Source: an uncultured Bacteroidota bacterium
GTDB lineage: Bacteria > Bacteroidota > Bacteroidia > AKYH767-A > 2013-40CM-41-45
Assembly (NCBI GenBank): GCA_937871435.1
Contig: CALMQM010000103.1
Coordinates: forward strand, 28,574 to 92,573
Reading direction: 5' to 3'
DNA: 64,000 nucleotides
Within the stretch, counting starts at the first letter, position 1. The number at the start of each line of letters is the position of its first letter. The translations under genes and the position numbers were made by a program. The notes under the pieces are model-generated. The model did not search any database and was not told the DNA's origin. It worked only from the letters and a program-made list of their open reading frames with translations. Shown here one piece after another: positions 61,805 to 64,000 of the stretch.

Positions 61805-63265
61805 TCAATTCATGAGGTTGAAAAAATCCTGCAATACTTTTTTATCATCGAAAGGAGAACGAACTCCTTTGACTTCCTGGTATTTTTCGTGTCCCTTACC
61901 GGCAACCAGAATCACATCACCCGGTTGCGCAAGGGATACTGCTGTTTTTATCGCTTCTTTTCTGTCTACAATCGAGAGCGTTTTTCTTACTTCTCCCAGC
62001 GGAACTCCTTTTTCCATCTGGTGAATGATTTCTGCCGGATCTTCCGAACGCGGATTATCACTGGTCAGAATCACACGATCACTGAGTTCACAGGCAATCT
62101 TCGCCATCACCGGACGTTTTGCCGCGTCACGGTCACCTCCACAACCAACTATGGTGATCACTCGTCCTTGTCCGGAACGTACATCATGAATCGTGGAAAG
62201 CACATTCTGTAATGCATCGGGAGTATGCGCATAGTCTACTACTCCTACGACATTCGCACGTGAAGTGAGAAAATCGAATCTTCCTTCCACCGGAGCTAAT
62301 CTGCTCACCGCTGTCAGCACATCCATTTTTTGTTCATTCAGCAACAAAGCGGCCGCATAGCAGGCAGTAAGGTTATAGGCATTGAAACTGCCGATCAGTC
62401 TGCAAAGCACTTCATGTCCATCGAGATTCAGCAGCAATCCTGTAAACTGATTTTCGATTAACCTGCATTTGTAATCGCTCATCGAACGTAAACTGTATGT
62501 GTACTTTCTGGCTTTGGTGTTTTGCATCATCACCAATCCGTTTTTATCATCATTGTTTACAAGAGCAAAGGCAGTATCCGGCAGTGAGTCAAAAAAACCT
62601 TTCTTAGCCTTAATGTATTCTTCAAAAGTTTTATGGTAGTCGAGATGATCGTGCGTGATATTGGTAAATATTCCTCCAGCAAAGCGAAGGCCTGCAATGC
62701 GTTTTTGCACCACCGCATGCGAACTCACTTCCATGAAAGCATGCGAACATCCTTCGTCAACCATCGCGGAGAGTAGCGCATTCAGTTGCAACGGATCAGG
62801 TGTAGTATGTGTAGATGGAATTACCTGATCATTGATTTGATTTCTTACAGTTGACAATAATCCACAGGGATGTCCGAGTGATTTGAATAACTGAAACAAC
62901 AATGTTGCAGTGGTGGTTTTTCCATTGGTACCTGTAACACCAACCAGCTCTAATTTTTCGGATGGATTTCCGTAAAAATTAGAAGCTATCTGCGCGAGCG
63001 CAAAAGAAGAATCAGCCACTCTTACATAAGTGACTCCGCTTTGCAATTCAGAAGGGAAATGTTCACATACAATCGCGACAGCACCTTTTTCAATCACGGC
63101 AGGAATATATGTATGCCCGTCTGACTGTGTACCTTTGACAGCGACAAACAAACTGCCTTCGCGTACTTTACGACTGTCAAAACACACATCAGTGATATGC
63201 GTGTCGGTAAATCCGGCCACATCCACGATGCCTGTTTTGTAAAGTATGTCTTTCAGTACGTTCAT
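61805..63265 (-). CDS. murE: UDP-N-acetylmuramoyl-L-alanyl-D-glutamate--2,6-diaminopimelate ligase
   Basis: [11 protein letters not shown] and a DNPR motif. Confidence 0.85.
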   Translation of the reverse strand: MNVLKDILYKTGIVDVAGFTDTHITDVCFDSRKVREGSLFVAVKGTQSDGHTYIPAVIEKGAVAIVCEHFPSELQSGVTYVRVADSSFALAQIASNFYGNPSEKLELVGVTGTNGKTTTATLLFQLFKSLGHPCGLLSTVRNQINDQVIPSTHTTPDPLQLNALLSAMVDEGCSHAFMEVSSHAVVQKRIAGLRFAGGIFTNITHDHLDYHKTFEEYIKAKKGFFDSLPDTAFALVNNDDKNGLVMMQNTKARKYTYSLRSMSDYKCRLIENQFTGLLLNLDGHEVLCRLIGSFNAYNLTACYAAALLLNEQKMDVLTAVSRLAPVEGRFDFLTSRANVVGVVDYAHTPDALQNVLSTIHDVRSGQGRVITIVGCGGDRDAAKRPVMAKIACELSDRVILTSDNPRSEDPAEIIHQMEKGVPLGEVRKTLSIVDRKEAIKTAVSLAQPGDVILVAGKGHEKYQEVKGVRSPFDDKKVLQDFFNLMN

Positions 63266-63278
63266 ATTTTCACTCGAC

Positions 63279-64000
63279 TTAACTCAGTTCGATTTGTATT
63301 TGCTGTCCGCGGCGAATTTTTGTTCCTGCCTGGATCGACTGACGTGTAACCCAGCCTTTCCCGTTGATTTGCACATTCAATCCGGCATTCTCAAGCAGGT
63401 ACAGAGCATCTTTTAAACCCATCCCTACCACATTTGGAACCAGGCCCACAATTGTTTTGCGTTCATTGGCTTTCATCTGGTCGGCTCTGGAATCCACACT
63501 AACCCAGTATGCATCCGGATTTTCAGACGCTGCACTGAGATTTAATTTCCCGAGTACTTTATGTAAATCCTTTTGCTGCCCTGCTTTTACAAGCGGGTTG
63601 GAAAGAATAAGACTGTCAGTATGCGACGGACTTTCATTCATATCAAGGTGATTTGAATACACCTTATCCGCGATCTCCTTAAAAATCGGAGCTGCCACAG
63701 CACCACCGTAATACACATCATTGGAAGGAGCATACACCACCACTATGCAACTGTACTTTGGTTTATCCGCAGGAAAATATCCGACGAATGAAGCCTGGTA
63801 AGTCATGTGCTCCTTGTCGTATCCGTATTTATTATTGAAAATTTGTGCTGTACCTGTCTTCCCTGCAATCTTGTAAGGAGATTTATTGAGCATGGATGCG
63901 GTACCATGCTGCACTACGCCTTCAAGCATCGTGTGTGCCTTGGCCAGAACCTGCGGTGAAGCAATTGAATCCCGGATGACTTGTGTAGAGAATTCACGAA
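63279..64000 (-). CDS. ftsI: penicillin-binding protein FtsI/PBP3, C-terminal part (transpeptidase KTGT motif plus PASTA domain); the 5' end lies outside the window
   Basis: The frame stays open to the window edge (KTGTAQ motif), and there is a C-terminal PASTA domain ([24 protein letters not shown]). Confidence 0.75.
   Translation of the reverse strand, partial: REFSTQVIRDSIASPQVLAKAHTMLEGVVQHGTASMLNKSPYKIAGKTGTAQIFNNKYGYDKEHMTYQASFVGYFPADKPKYSCIVVVYAPSNDVYYGGAVAAPIFKEIADKVYSNHLDMNESPSHTDSLILSNPLVKAGQQKDLHKVLGKLNLSAASENPDAYWVSVDSRADQMKANERKTIVGLVPNVVGMGLKDALYLLENAGLNVQINGKGWVTRQSIQAGTKIRRGQQIQIELS

Overview
This window reads as a Bacteroidetes chromosomal segment of about 42% GC, with gene content typical of Flavobacteriia or Sphingobacteriia. 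From 5' to 3' it contains: (1) the 3' end of a penicillin/AHL-acylase-family gene and a tRNA-Arg(CCG) with its terminator. (2) A carotenoid/isoprenoid cluster (crtZ, crtI, crtB, an unknown exported protein, a fused lycopene-cyclase-domain protein, ispH) divergently transcribed from a triple-PAS protein. (3) A complete T9SS/gliding core operon (porP/sprF, gldK, gldL, gldM, gldN) on the minus strand, followed by an arginase-family gene and topA. (4) A frameshifted T9SS cargo gene, miaB, a sensor-less sigma-54 activator, an LptE-like lipoprotein, secG and groES/groEL. (5) A six-gene minus-strand operon that looks like an N-glycan salvage pathway (ROK sugar kinase, GH20 hexosaminidase, Tat-exported glycosylasparaginase, CutC, GH2 beta-mannosidase-like, GH92 alpha-mannosidase) with no SusC/SusD. 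(6) An island of three T9SS-CTD cargo proteins, including a 1933-aa BNR / lamin-tail / beta-helix giant. (7) The distal dcw cell-division cluster (ftsI 3' end, murE, mraY, murD, ftsW, murG, murC, ftsQ, ftsA, ftsZ, then yqeY and a cold-shock gene). I found no transposase, integrase, CRISPR array or rRNA. Non-genic signals worth attention are two related 20-nt minisatellite arrays in inverted orientation at convergent gene ends, heptanucleotide simple repeats directly after two stop codons, and a recurring Bacteroidetes-type -7 promoter element TAyCTTTG(CA). No canonical defence or toxin system is visible. The most system-like candidates are the CutC-containing N-glycan operon, the T9SS cargo island and the PAS-linked carotenoid locus. 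All calls rest on reading the translations and the sequence by eye; no searches were run.
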